Source: Octopus bimaculoides (taxonomy: Eukaryota). Taken from it: DNA of 47,646 bases. Of the stretch, positions 35,901 to 47,646 are shown in pieces (positions within the stretch are counted from its first letter, which is position 1; every line of letters begins with the position of its first letter). Below the pieces are notes generated by a model. That model saw only the letters and a list, made by a program, of their open reading frames with translations. It did no database searches and was not told the DNA's origin. The position numbers were made by a program, and so were the translations under genes. The stretch covers positions 128,831,663 through 128,879,308 of the forward strand of contig NC_068983.1 of assembly GCF_001194135.2 (NCBI RefSeq). Direction: 5' to 3'.

Positions 35901-36893
35901 GTAGTAGATGGTGAGAGATAGTTGTATCTTTACTGGTTATATTCTATACCAAAGTGAGCGTTATAACAATCCGACATTTGAAGGATTACACGAATTTGCA
36001 TACCACACACATGATGTTAGGTGGGTGGGGGGTCTTCCTTATACATTCGAAATTAGTGAATACCTTGGTTCATTCGTACGAAGATATTATGTAGAGAACA
36101 GGGAGAATTAGTTATGTTTTCGTAACTGAGAGCAAAGCAAGAATACGCGAAAAGTAAATGTGCTGCACGTAACAACAATCGACAAAGTTTATACAACTAT
36201 CCCAGGAACAGGTGTAGAAGCGCTCGGAATTTGGAACAAACACAGTGAATTGCAGTGTCGTTTGATTACACGAACGTTACGCTTAATTTGTAGTTTTGTG
36301 GTTCCTCGAAACGGCGTACAAATTGGTGCAGCTGAGGATTGGACCATAGGTTTGATGAACGTCGCTGTTGATGAGGATAAATCCTGAACTCTAGGAGGAA
36401 AAAGGAAACCAAAAAGGAAGAACTCTGAATACCTAACATCTGACCCATGTCAGAGCTCCAAGTTACCAGACGTGTGGTATTGAAGACCATTTGAATTATT
36501 GTATTTAGATAAGTATTTTCCAGGAAAGAAACAAAACATTAGCTACTAGTTTTCACACTATCAAATAACTCAATATAAAACACTAAGATAAGAATGAAAT
36601 ACTAAAACATAACGAATTGCATGCAATATGATGGATCCTCTTTGAAGAATCTAAACAACGTCGAAACGGAAGCACATTTATAGATTATATGACATGATGC
36701 TCAGCTAAAACAGGCTATACGGTTGTTGGAGTACAGGCCAGGTGTCTGAATTAAATGTGGGGCCTAACATTCGCAGAGTATTTTAAGAGGTGCCTAATTC
36801 TTACATCAGAGTGAATGAGTTGAATTCACTATTATTTGTATTGAGTTCTAAACATCGAAATTGGTTTAGTTTATAGTAACCCATCTCAGTTTA

Positions 36894-36894
<1 letters not shown>

Positions 36895-36940
<46 letters not shown>

Positions 36941-37020
36941 AAGAAGCGCACAGAGACACATATACATACACATACACACACACACACACATTTTCTTTCT
37001 CTCACGTGCACACACACACA
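36895..37020. repeat. (CA)n compound microsatellite
   Basis: Directly visible. Confidence 0.95.
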
Positions 37021-39567
37021 TATATGTTGACATGTTTGTATATTTATATATACGTATGTGTGTCTGTATATATTCTGCTTGAATGCTTTTAAGTACATCT
37101 ATGCTGATAATGCATATACAGCTATGGTTTGTATATATACAAATATCAAATAAAGTGTAAAATTTTGTAATGCAGTAATATTTCCTTTGAGCCAATAAAG
37201 ACAACTTTATGATCTTAAAAAAACTCTTTTATTTGGATTCAATAGATTGCTAATATTTTTTATGTGTGTCTTCATGTTCTTATATCAAATCTTGGGAAGA
37301 TCGTATTTGTTCTTCATATATTCATATTCCATAAATAGATACACAAATTAGAGAAATATTTGAATCGGATTATTATTTCTATTGTTTGATTGCAGGCAGA
37401 CTGAAACAGCCCAGACACATTTTCAGATATTTCAGAGAAACAGATGAAGATGCTAGTTTAATCTTTGAGCGAGAAACCTGCTGGAATGTTCGTAATTCAG
37501 TTGACTTGGAAAAGAAACTCATAGAGTATGTGTGGTGTTACACCGTGCGAGAGATAAAACAAATCAAGTCAAACATGTTATGCCCACCAAATACAACTTA
37601 GAAAGGCTGAAGTTTTATTAGAGAGACTCAACCAATAAGCAACGCATTGGGATCAAACAAATTATTAGCTTCAGGTAACTAAACTTATCATAAATAATTG
37701 AGAAATATAAGATTATCAAGAATATTTTTGAGGCTAAATTTCTGCCATGTATATTGAATCAAGAGAGAATATGTTATATCGTTGCTGAAAGACGATCTTG
37801 TTAAGTAAATTTTATTTCTCTGGAGAAATGACACGTAAGGCTGGAAACGTGGTAATTGAATAATATAAAATAGTAGCATACTGGGAAACTAATTTAGAGC
37901 ATAGGCAATATAGACCCAATAAGTTCTTGCGTGATGAGGGTTTCATTATCGGACATTAACACATGATAGAACATCAACCCTAATATCAATATCGTTCCTT
38001 AAGATTCACATCCTTCTGTATCACACAAAAGCGGAAAAGGAAAAACCTTTTTTATTATTTTATATGAGACGACCACCTTCTTCATCCACTGACTAGACAG
38101 CACACGGAATCGATATAACTGATCTGGAAGGTTTTTTGAAAGCAACTGTCAGTCCATTACTGGAAAACAAACACAAATATACAAACATAAATAACAAAAA
38201 TAAACGATAACGTTCTAATCCGATCAAACAGTGAATAACGTAATAGAAAAGTAGGAATTGCAGGGAAAACAAATGCACTCTAAATATTCCCATCCTCCAA
38301 TCACCGAATTTTCTTTGTCAAGTTTATTCAAAGACGTTCGAAGTTCTTAACTAATACTTTACTACAATAAATAAGATTTGAATAATAACGAAAGAGCTTT
38401 AGTCAGTTCAGATTGACTCTGCTGGTACAATAAGATACAACCGACAAACAACAATGTGTACACAGTTGCTAACCAAGCGAATATTACACCAGTTCAGTGT
38501 GGATGTTGATCTGTTTGACTGAGTTTCTTATAAGCAGATGTAATTGTGTGCTGGTGAAAGCATGTATTAAATTGTAATCTTCTACAGACATAAGTCGATT
38601 GAAAGCACTGTTCCATTTCAATTTATTTGCATAGCAATAGATGCAAATATCTACAACTATATACATATACTTAGAAAGTTTTAGAGAGTAGCACACTCTT
38701 ACATTCATAGAAAACTATGTGAATATATGTGACAGTCTTCATATTTGCACATGTGTGCATATATACGCATACACTAACAAAGCACGCTCAGATATAGATA
38801 TTTATACATACATACATGTATATGTGTATATATATCTATATATATATCTCTATATATATNNNNNNNNNNNNNNNNNNNNNNNNNNNNNNNNNNNNNNNNN
38901 NNNNNNNNNNNNNNNNNNNNNNNNNNNNNNNNNNNNNNNNNNNNNNNNNNNNNNNNNNNNNNNNNNNNNNNNNNNNNNNNNNNNNNNNNNNNNNNNNNNN
39001 NNNNNNNNNNNNNNNNNNNNNNNNNNNNNNNNNNNNNNNNNNNNNNNNNNNNNNNNNNNNNNNNNNNNNNNNNNNNNNNNNNNNNNNNNNNNNNNNNNNN
39101 NNNNNNNNNNNNNNNNNNNNNNNNNNNNNNNNNNNNNNNNNNNNNNNNNNNNNNNNNNNNNNNNNNNNNNNNNNNNNNNNNNNNNNNNNNNNNNNNNNNN
39201 NNNNNNNNNNNNNNNNNNNNNNNNNNNNNNNNNNNNNNNNNNNNNNNNNNNNNNNNNNNNNNNNNNNNNNNNNNNNNNNNNNNNNNNNNNNNNNNNNNNN
39301 NNNNNNNNNNNNNNNNNNNNNNNNNNNNNNCTATGTGTTAACAGTTAAATAATTGACTAATTAATTCTTTGATCGACAGTTTGCGACTGAAGATCAGAGG
39401 GTTCACCTGTTGGACAATATCGAAGCCTGCGGCGAAGCTATTGTGACTAGCAACAGAATGGTTGAGTAACTCAGATTAAACTATGCATCAGTTAATTAGT
39501 TAAAAATCTTATGCGTAATATTACTATCATCTGTAGTACAAACGCTGTGCTATTTTTATTGGCTAAG

Positions 39568-39569
<2 letters not shown>

Positions 39570-39604
<35 letters not shown>
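39570..39604. repeat. (TA)n microsatellite
   Basis: Directly visible. Confidence 0.95.
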
Positions 39605-39610
<6 letters not shown>

Positions 39611-42600
39611 TAAAGAAAATTGAAAGTAGAGAAGTACTGATGAACAATAATTGACTTGCAGCAATTATTATTTATTAATTCAGTTCTAATAGAATGCATC
39701 CCAACTAACATCTGATTCTGCTTCCAATTTTTATGGTATTGATATGCAAACATACGTAAAAATATTAATGATACTTCGTAATACAACCAATCTGATACAA
39801 AGAGCTTCATGAGAGTGAAGTATAAATGAAAAGCATACAAAAAAAAAGGAGACGTTGATTATAGTTGCAATCATAAAATGTTGCTTGTGTGTCTCTGACC
39901 TAAAATGGTATGTTTACAACAATATTCAACAATATGCGTATATATATATATATATATACGCATATACATATAGATGCATTTGTAAACTTAATTGTTTGCT
40001 GTTATTTGTTTATTATTTAATGCGTGCTGTTGCGGTTGTTCTTCCGGAATATACTGATATATCTCTACCTTTTTAGTTATTTGACACTTATTATTACTAA
40101 GACAATATTTACTTCATAATATATAGCATATCGTTTATAGAAATTGAATTGTTACATCCCAAACTATACACGTGATATATTTTTCGCAAATTACTCTAAA
40201 TAGTATCACGTAGCTTTAAGCAGTTTGCTGGACGTCTTATCATTTTGCCTGTGGGGATTTATTTCTCACCATGTTGCTTTTCTAAATATATTTGCCAATG
40301 CTGTGTTTGATTATATATTTGTCTTTTATGAAATTTGCACAATCATATCCGGATTCTGAATTCTATCATATTTTGCAGGAACTGTGTATTTATTTCTTGC
40401 TTTCTCATTGGCTGGTTCAAAATTTTACTTTTGTTTACTGTTTGATCACAACATTTCATTTCACCTTTTAAATATCTGAGGCTTTGTAATTTTGATAACA
40501 TTATAGTCTAGAGATCGCTGAGATTGTTATCTACATACTTGATGTTTCTTTTAATTTTCTTTTGGTCTTCTGGATACGTTTTATTTGAAATGTATTTCAT
40601 ACTTCATAGATTCTCATATTGGATCTCAAATAATCAACACTGAGTTTGCTGTATTTTGACCTGCCACTATCCAACGTTCAATGTCACTTTCCTTACCACA
40701 CTCTCATATATGTATATATCGTTGGTGGAGAAGAAAGAAAGCCGTGACCAACCCTATAGATTATACAAACTGTTCGAATTTACATTCAGATTTAGAGAAA
40801 GCGTTCATGTTCGCAAGAGATATTGAAATAATGCTTCATACACATGAGAATTTATCATGATCTGACTTGTCAAACACATGTGACAGTTGTTTCTGCGTTA
40901 CATTTCGACGACGCTATGTAGTGAATACTCTAACACAAGGGATTGGAATATGAACAGTTTTGAGATTCGACGGAGCTACGCAGAAGGCAATAAAAAGTGA
41001 ATTATGAGATAGTAGCTAAATTTAATATCATAGTCCTGGTTCTCATGAAACGTATGAATAATATCAATAGAAGGATTCATAAACAGCTGAAGGAATCTGA
41101 GTGCGATTAACATGCACATATATTGCGGTCTTCGTATATACACCAGCAATAAATTGTTATACTTTTACTAAAAAGTAGAGAATATAAATTTGGTTGAATT
41201 TATTTTGAACATATAGTATTTCATATTCTTGTAATCTGATGAACATTCCCAAGTGCAATGAAATTGCTAATATAGAAGGTCGATACACAGATAAATAGCT
41301 GATTTGTAGAATCTAGTTGACTAATTTCAATACAATGTCTGGTACGTCTACAAAACTTCAGATCTCTATATGTTTCATTTTATTCTTGCATAAGTAGACT
41401 CACCAGAGGAAATAACATTTAATATATTCAGAATGTTAATGCAATTTCATTATATACTCTAATTTTTCTTTTAGCAATGTAATTAATCATTTTAAAATAT
41501 TATAAAATATTGTTTTTTTTTTGTTTTCATGAATAAAACATTTACTATAATTATCATTATAAACAAGTAAAAAGCAACAAATAAATGTTGAATGCCATTA
41601 TTGTAAATTGTTACACAATGCAAAGTCGTTGTTGTTCTTTTGTTTCAATAAACATCAGTATACATTACATAAAGTCACAACTATAATAACGTGGTGCAAT
41701 AAAAGATAAAGCACTACGAATAAAATATTTTCGGAGAAGCTATGTAATTTTGTGACCTACTAGTCTCACTGAACAAGTAATACAGTATATGGTTCAAATT
41801 ATATAATGACAACGATATAAAACAATACAACTATGGCAAATACATTAGCTTCCTCGCCTACACATCGAGAATTAGGATTGTATATTTCATATAATATTGA
41901 CAAATATGCACCTTGTATTCTTTATCATTGTGTGTATCAATATCAAACGCTATTCTTTTATGTACAAATAATTACTCCTCGAGGACCATGGATAGATTTT
42001 ATTTTTGAATTAAATCTAACGGTTCAAGAGAGGCTTTCAATATGATATAACTGTCACTATGACAGTGCTGCTAATAAACACAAATGTATTTTGTCTGATG
42101 GGCTGATAATCACTGGCATACAATCTTCAGAACCTGGCATACACACGTTCACTATTCTCTTCCCTACTGTTCTTACATCTCGCTCGTTTCTATTGCTTCT
42201 ACATTAGATACTGTTCCTTCATCTAATCTTGATAGATTCTCTATTCTCTCACTTCTTACTCTATCACTCTATCATGAAACCTGCTGTGCCTAGCCCTAGA
42301 TACTTTGCACTAACCACTGCTTATAACTCTATATCTCCAGAATATAACACCAATGAGTCTCCCTTTGCTTATGCAAGATTTCGGATGAGGACTGGCAAAC
42401 GTTTTAAAAAATCATTACTGAAATAGTGCGCACTGATGTTAGATATTCAGCAATATCGAGACTACCAAAATATGTATATACATTTAATTGCATTGCATTA
42501 AAATCAAAAAGATAAACTAAACAAATAACAGTAAGGTACTTAGGCGAATCTAATCAATTTTGTTGTTAAGAAAATTTTGCGATACGATATTTCATTTATT

Positions 42601-43464
42601 AATATTTCATCAATAGATTGTGTCAAACTCCATTCGAAAGAAAACTAATCTGTGATTATGTGAAATAAATCAATAATATAAAACATCAGTGAACAACCTT
42701 TTAGCCGCATCAAGAAGGAATCGTCCAATTTTAATTCCTTAGTATTGAAGTAGGAAGCATACACGCAATTACACGGCCTCCCGGTATTGGATAGCTAGTT
42801 CTCTCATAACTCAGCTAACAACTTCATGAGAAAATAACCTTTGAATATATCACTGAATTGTGAAAACATATAAAATATTACAGTACACTACGGGAGAAAA
42901 CAATAAGCAGTGTATGAAGTCATAACTGACAGATAAATAGTTTGATGAAATTTTATGTAATAATGAGAACAACTATCATAACACGACAAATTGTTTCGTA
43001 AATTAAAAAGTATTACATTTATTAATAAATAAATTACTTACATGCCTGCATAATATCTAAAAATGTTTAATTTGCGTAATAACTTTGCATCGAAAATATA
43101 TTCATCAGAGAATTAATTTCAGCTGAGGACATATCTTAAATTCTGCATACATTTTCAAGTAACTTTTACAATTTGAATTAATTCAGATATATAAGCAATT
43201 TATTTAATAAATATGATAATATGATTTATTTACATATTTTTAAGTTACGAATTAATTTCTCGTGATATTAGAACTTTTTTTTATGATAAATATAATATCA
43301 TCAAGCTATTTTTCCGTCCTTTAAGNNNNNNNNNNNNNNNNNNNNNNNNNNNNNNNNNNNNNNNNNNNNNNNNNNNNNNNNNNNNNNNNNNNNNNNNNNN
43401 NNNNNNNNNNNNNNNNNNNNNNNNNNNNNNNNNNNNNNNNNNNNNNNNNNNNNNNNNNNNNNNN

Positions 43465-43600
43465 TATATATATATGTATATATATATATATATATAAATA
43501 TATATTTTCCTATATATATATACATGCACACACACGCGTGTGCATGTGTGTGTTTGTGTGTATGTCTATGCGTGTGCGCATATGTGTATATAAGTATATA
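43465..43600. repeat. (TA)n/(CA)/(TG) compound microsatellite at gap edge
   Basis: Directly visible. Confidence 0.9.
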
Positions 43601-44505
43601 CGTGGTTGATGCATACAACACTTCTCATTATTAGATGGAATTTCCAGGCACTAAGACAAATAGAAAAGACCACATAAGGATCAAAATCATAGTCAGTATA
43701 AATATATATATATATATATATATCGTGGTTTAATGCCAATCATAATTTAGTAACACATTTGAATCCACGTTTGTGCAAGAGCAATAGACTTAATCTCATC
43801 AGGTGACCTTGCTATAGATTATGATTAACATAACAAAGGTGGCTGTTGTTAAAGTTCTAAATTTACAATTTTCCAGAAAATTAGAAAAAAAAACTATTAT
43901 AGAATGCAACATTTTAATTACGACTGTTTAATACTTGAGAGTTACTTCCTGGGAGAGAAACGAAGAGTTCATTCTCTGATGAGAAGACGAAAGTAGAACT
44001 CAAATAAAGAACGTAAGACGTTAAGTTATGTGAGTGGGAAGGGCATGAGGATAAGTAAAAAGAGAGTGATAGAATGCATGGTTAAAAAGAGAGTAGTTAG
44101 AAGAGAGGGTGTGAGAGAGAAAAATATACAGAGAGACATATACAGAGGGAAAAAAGTGTGATGAAGCAAAAGAGAGGGTGTGGAAAGTTAAATAGGAACA
44201 GAAATACGAAATTGGTAAAGTAAAGTGAAATGATACTATGGCAGATTTAAGATGGGTTTATGAAAAGTAGTGAATGAATGAACATGCGTACAGTAGCTGG
44301 CAAAATGGAAGTAGAGAGAAAAAGGTTATTGAATTAAATAAAAGCCTGGACCAACATCATCGAATTAGCTAACATTATGCTAAATGATCAGAATTCCTGA
44401 ACGACAAGAATTGATTATATATCGCGTTTGAGCACTAAGATCTGAACGAGGTGAAATTTAATACGATTTTCACCAGGTATTTCATAAATATTCTTCTTCT
44501 TAAAC

Positions 44506-44542
<37 letters not shown>

Positions 44543-45599
44543 CGCGTGTGTGTATAAATGTATANNNNNNNNNNNNNNNNNNNNNNNNNNNNNNNNNNNN
44601 NNNNNNNNNNNNNNNNNNNNNNNNNNNNNNNNNNNNNNNNNNNNNNNNNNNNNNNNNNNNNNNNNNNNNNNNNNNNNNNNNNNNNNNNNNNNNNNNNNNN
44701 NNNNNNNNNNNNNNNNNNNNNNNNNNNNNNNNNNNNNNNNNNNNNNNNNNNNNNNNNNNNNNNNNNNNNNNNNNNNNNNNNNNNNNNNNNNNNNNNNNNN
44801 NNNNNNNNNNNNNNNNNNNNNNNNNNNNNNNNNNNNNNNNNNNNNNNNNNNNNNNNNNNNNNNNNNNNNNNNNNNNNNNNNNNNNNNNNNNNNNNNNNNN
44901 NNNNNNNNNNNNNNNNNNNNNNNNNNNNNNNNNNNNNNNNNNNNNNNNNNNNNNNNNNNNNNNNNNNNNNNNNNNNNNNNNNNNNNNNNNNNNNNNNNNN
45001 NNNNNNNNNNNNNNNNNNNNNNNNNNNNNNNNNNNNNNNNNNNNNNNNNNNNNNNNNNNNNNNNNNNNNNNNNNNNNNNNNNNNNNNNNNNNNNNNNNNN
45101 NNNNNNNNNNNNNNNNNNNNNNNNNNNNNNNNNNNNNNNNNNNNNNNNNNNNNNNNNNNNNNNNNNNNNNNNNNNNNNNNNNNNNNNNNNNNNNNNNNNN
45201 NNNNNNNNNNNNNNNNNNNNNNNNNNNNNNNNNNNNNNNNNNNNNNNNNNNNNNNNNNNNNNNNNNNNNNNNNNNNNNNNNNNNNNNNNNNNNNNNNNNN
45301 NNNNNNNNNNNNNNNNNNNNNNNNNNNNNNNNNNNNNNNNNNNNNNNNNNNNNNNNNNNNNNNNNNNNNNNNNNNNNNNNNNNNNNNNNNNNNNNNNNNN
45401 NNNNNNNNNNNNNNNNNNNNNNNNNNNNNNNNNNNNNNNNNNNNNNNNNNNNNNNNNNNNNNNNNNNNNNNNNNNNNNNNNNNNNNNNNNNNNNNNNNNN
45501 NNNNNNNNNNNNNNNNNNNNNNNNNNNNNNNNNNNNNNNNNNNNNNNNNNNNNNNNNNNATATATTTATATATATATATTTATATATATATATATATAT

Positions 45600-46403
45600 T
45601 CTTTTTCTCGTTTCAGCTAAACGGATTTGGTCATGCCGGAGCACCACCATAGTTTTCTGACTTCCCCAGTCTGGATATTTCACTTCATGACTCCTGTGCG
45701 AGCCTTTAGCCCAGCTGTTGGTACATTTCACGTATACGAGAGTTTGATTCCGCTGCCCTCGTCTCTAGCCCATGTTTGGCTAACATTTGTAGCAGGGTAT
45801 TGAAAAGGTGTTTGATTTTGAACCATAGATTATTGCAGTAACTGGTGCTAAATTTAGTAGATGATGATGGTACCGTTGGTACAATACAATGGTGTCAGTA
45901 TAACACTCAATGTGAAAGTTAGGTACGAGACGTTCTAGAATATTCCACATGTATATTATTCCATATCCCTCACACCTTCGCTCCAGGGAGTAAAGCTGTA
46001 GTTTTCTCAGAATTTCTCTGTAGCTCATCCGCTGCAGTCTTTCAAACCTTTTAGTGTAGAGGTGTTGGACTGTTTCAAGCTTTGTTGTTACTTTGGCACT
46101 AGGTAGTGGCCATAATTGGGAGCCGTAGTGCAGGTGGCTGCGAATCAAGTTTTTCTTTCCCCAGGGTTACCATAATTGCTTAGTCTCTTCAGTGACCTCA
46201 GTATCCACCTTGCCAGTTGTCTACACTTTGCTGCCATCTTACTAATGTGCATAATGACGCGTTATTCCACATATTGATCCCCAAGTCTCTCACTAACTGT
46301 TACTCTGGGACTGGTGTGCCTTCGAGTCCTGTATAAGGAGATTGTTCTGTATTCGTGAGTTGATAATGTAATGCTTGAATTTGTCCAGCATTATTAAACT
46401 GCA
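45600..46403 (-). mobile_element. CR1/L2-group LINE 3' part with terminal tail
   Basis: The minus strand gives MQFN..QIQALHY, VRDLGI, KMAAKCRQLARWILR, and IRSHLHYGSQLW..LQLYSLERR..YGIIYMWNILERLVPNF. The tail aaaactatggtggtgctccggcatgacc..agctgaaacgag runs into (TA)n. Confidence 0.9.
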
Positions 46404-46509
46404 NNNNNNNNNNNNNNNNNNNNNNNNNNNNNNNNNNNNNNNNNNNNNNNNNNNNNNNNNNNNNNNNNNNNNNNNNNNNNNNNNNNNNNNNNNNNNNNNN
46501 NNNGATGTG

Positions 46510-46800
46510 AATATATATATTTACACTCGTTTCTGTAATGGTGCTCCACCATGGTTTTTCTGAGTTCTTCAGTTTGGATATATTTCACATCACTACTCCT
46601 CTATGTGCGCTTGTCCCAACTGTTGTTACATTTTGTGTACAGGTAATTTTCATCATACTTCTCTTGTCTGTACCGCATGTTGGATTGTTGGTTGATCCAG
46701 TATTATGGAGAGTAACATGTGTAGTTTCTTTCTGAAAATATCTACTTGAGCATTGAGATATGAACCATGTGAAATTGAATCCTGTTTCCACCAGTTGTGC
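46510..46800 (-). mobile_element. Another 3' end of the same CR1/L2-group family
   Basis: The minus strand gives AQVDIFRKKLHMLLSIILDQPT (cf. FKKQLDTFLSTITDE in the 9.2-kb copy). Its tail acaacagttggg..aggagt..gtgaaata..ccaaactg..tcagaaaaaccatggtggagcacc..gaaacgag matches the tail at 45600-45740. Confidence 0.75.
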
Positions 46801-47539
46801 CATTAACATTTTCCATCATAGATAATTTTGTCATTGAGGTGTTATGGTAGATATTTAACTCAATTTTTCACAATAATAATCTGTTTCGCTTTCTGGGAAT
46901 CGATAACGCTTTATTACGCAATAGATAGTATTTGACGAATGAAATTATCCTTCTGTCTAGAGACGGAGGATTGACAGTGTAGAGTGTACATTATGGTAGT
47001 AAACCAGTAGGCATCTGGATCAGGGTAAAGAAAACAATGAAGAAATTCAGAAGATGTATTAAAAGTATAATATATGATAATCTGACCAAGAATATATATT
47101 TGTGCATTTTCTAAATCATTACGTCTGGAATCATTGAATCGATTATATATTACATCATACGAATGTTGGCTAGTATTTAACATCTGATCGTCATAATATT
47201 ATAAAGTAAGAAAGAGCAAAACAATATGAGTATTAAATATTTAGCATTAGCTGTTAACATACAGCTGCAATCTATAATGTCACAAACAAATGGATATTAT
47301 TTCTGATTTTTTTTCTCTTATAGCTGTTAATACATTTACTTTGCTTCAAAACGTATTTTAGTATATTCTGATTATTTTTATTTCGGACAGTTTTTTAGAT
47401 GCTGCTTGCTAATTTCATAGTTCTTCACATTGTGAAACACATGGCAATTTGTATAACTTCAGATATATTTTTTTATTATTTTGCCTTCGCCTAACGTTCA
47501 TAATTTTGCCTACGTTCCTGTCTGTCTTCCTCTCGGTAT

Positions 47540-47556
47540 GTCTATCTATCTATCTG

Positions 47557-47614
<58 letters not shown>

Positions 47615-47646
47615 CATCCATCTATCTATCTATCTATATATCTATC
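47540..47646. repeat. (TATC)n tetranucleotide microsatellite
   Basis: Directly visible to the window end. Confidence 0.95.

Noticed and set aside
37407-37601. Candidate exon RLKQPRHIFRYFRETDEDASLIFERETCW after a good acceptor
   Set aside because: There is no convincing donor before the stop and no recognisable family. Left unreported pending RNA data.
40230-40700. Possible further R4-type relic on the minus strand
   Set aside because: The motifs (I.WD, RRP) are too degraded to separate from chance by eye.
43760-43810. Minus-strand CTGATGA hammerhead-like start
   Set aside because: No GAAA follows a closed stem II.
25960-45731. Long ORFs made mostly of X (25960, 26087, 38719, 38816, 43281, 44415-44558 etc.)
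   Set aside because: They are artefacts of translating through N gaps.
1-47646. CRISPR arrays, operons, rRNA or snRNA genes
   Set aside because: There is no repeat-spacer periodicity, no prokaryotic gene density and no recognisable rRNA or snRNA sequence. The window is eukaryotic repeat-rich DNA.

Overview
This is an AT-rich, microsatellite-dense animal genomic window with eight N-gaps. The SINE, LINE and microsatellite make-up suggests an octopod cephalopod (inference; no database check). I could not identify an intact protein-coding gene, so it reads as intronic or intergenic DNA, with only a few weak candidate exons. Most recognisable content is decayed transposons: R4/Dong-type restriction-like-endonuclease (RLE) LINEs (3.7-6.7 kb, 20.7-22.3 kb), CR1/L2-group LINEs (9.2-10.6 kb, 45.6-46.8 kb), two mariners (one full length with both TIRs at 16063-17330), a near-full-length Penelope-like element (PLE, 28.2-30.1 kb), a Neptune-type PLE GIY-YIG fragment (13.8-14.0 kb), Tx1/L1-type pieces (33.2-35.9 kb), a MITE-like element and several tRNA-derived SINEs. 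The most interesting signals are: (1) a tRNA-like Pol III head followed by a minimal hammerhead ribozyme right after the PLE stop codon (30174-30360); (2) a twin-priming-type 5' inversion in a CR1-group LINE; (3) tandem ORF1+3'UTR Tx1-like units lacking ORF2 (HAL1-like); (4) a 450-bp element bounded by 29-bp inverted repeats that carry octamer and CCAAT motifs. All translations and alignments were done by eye.
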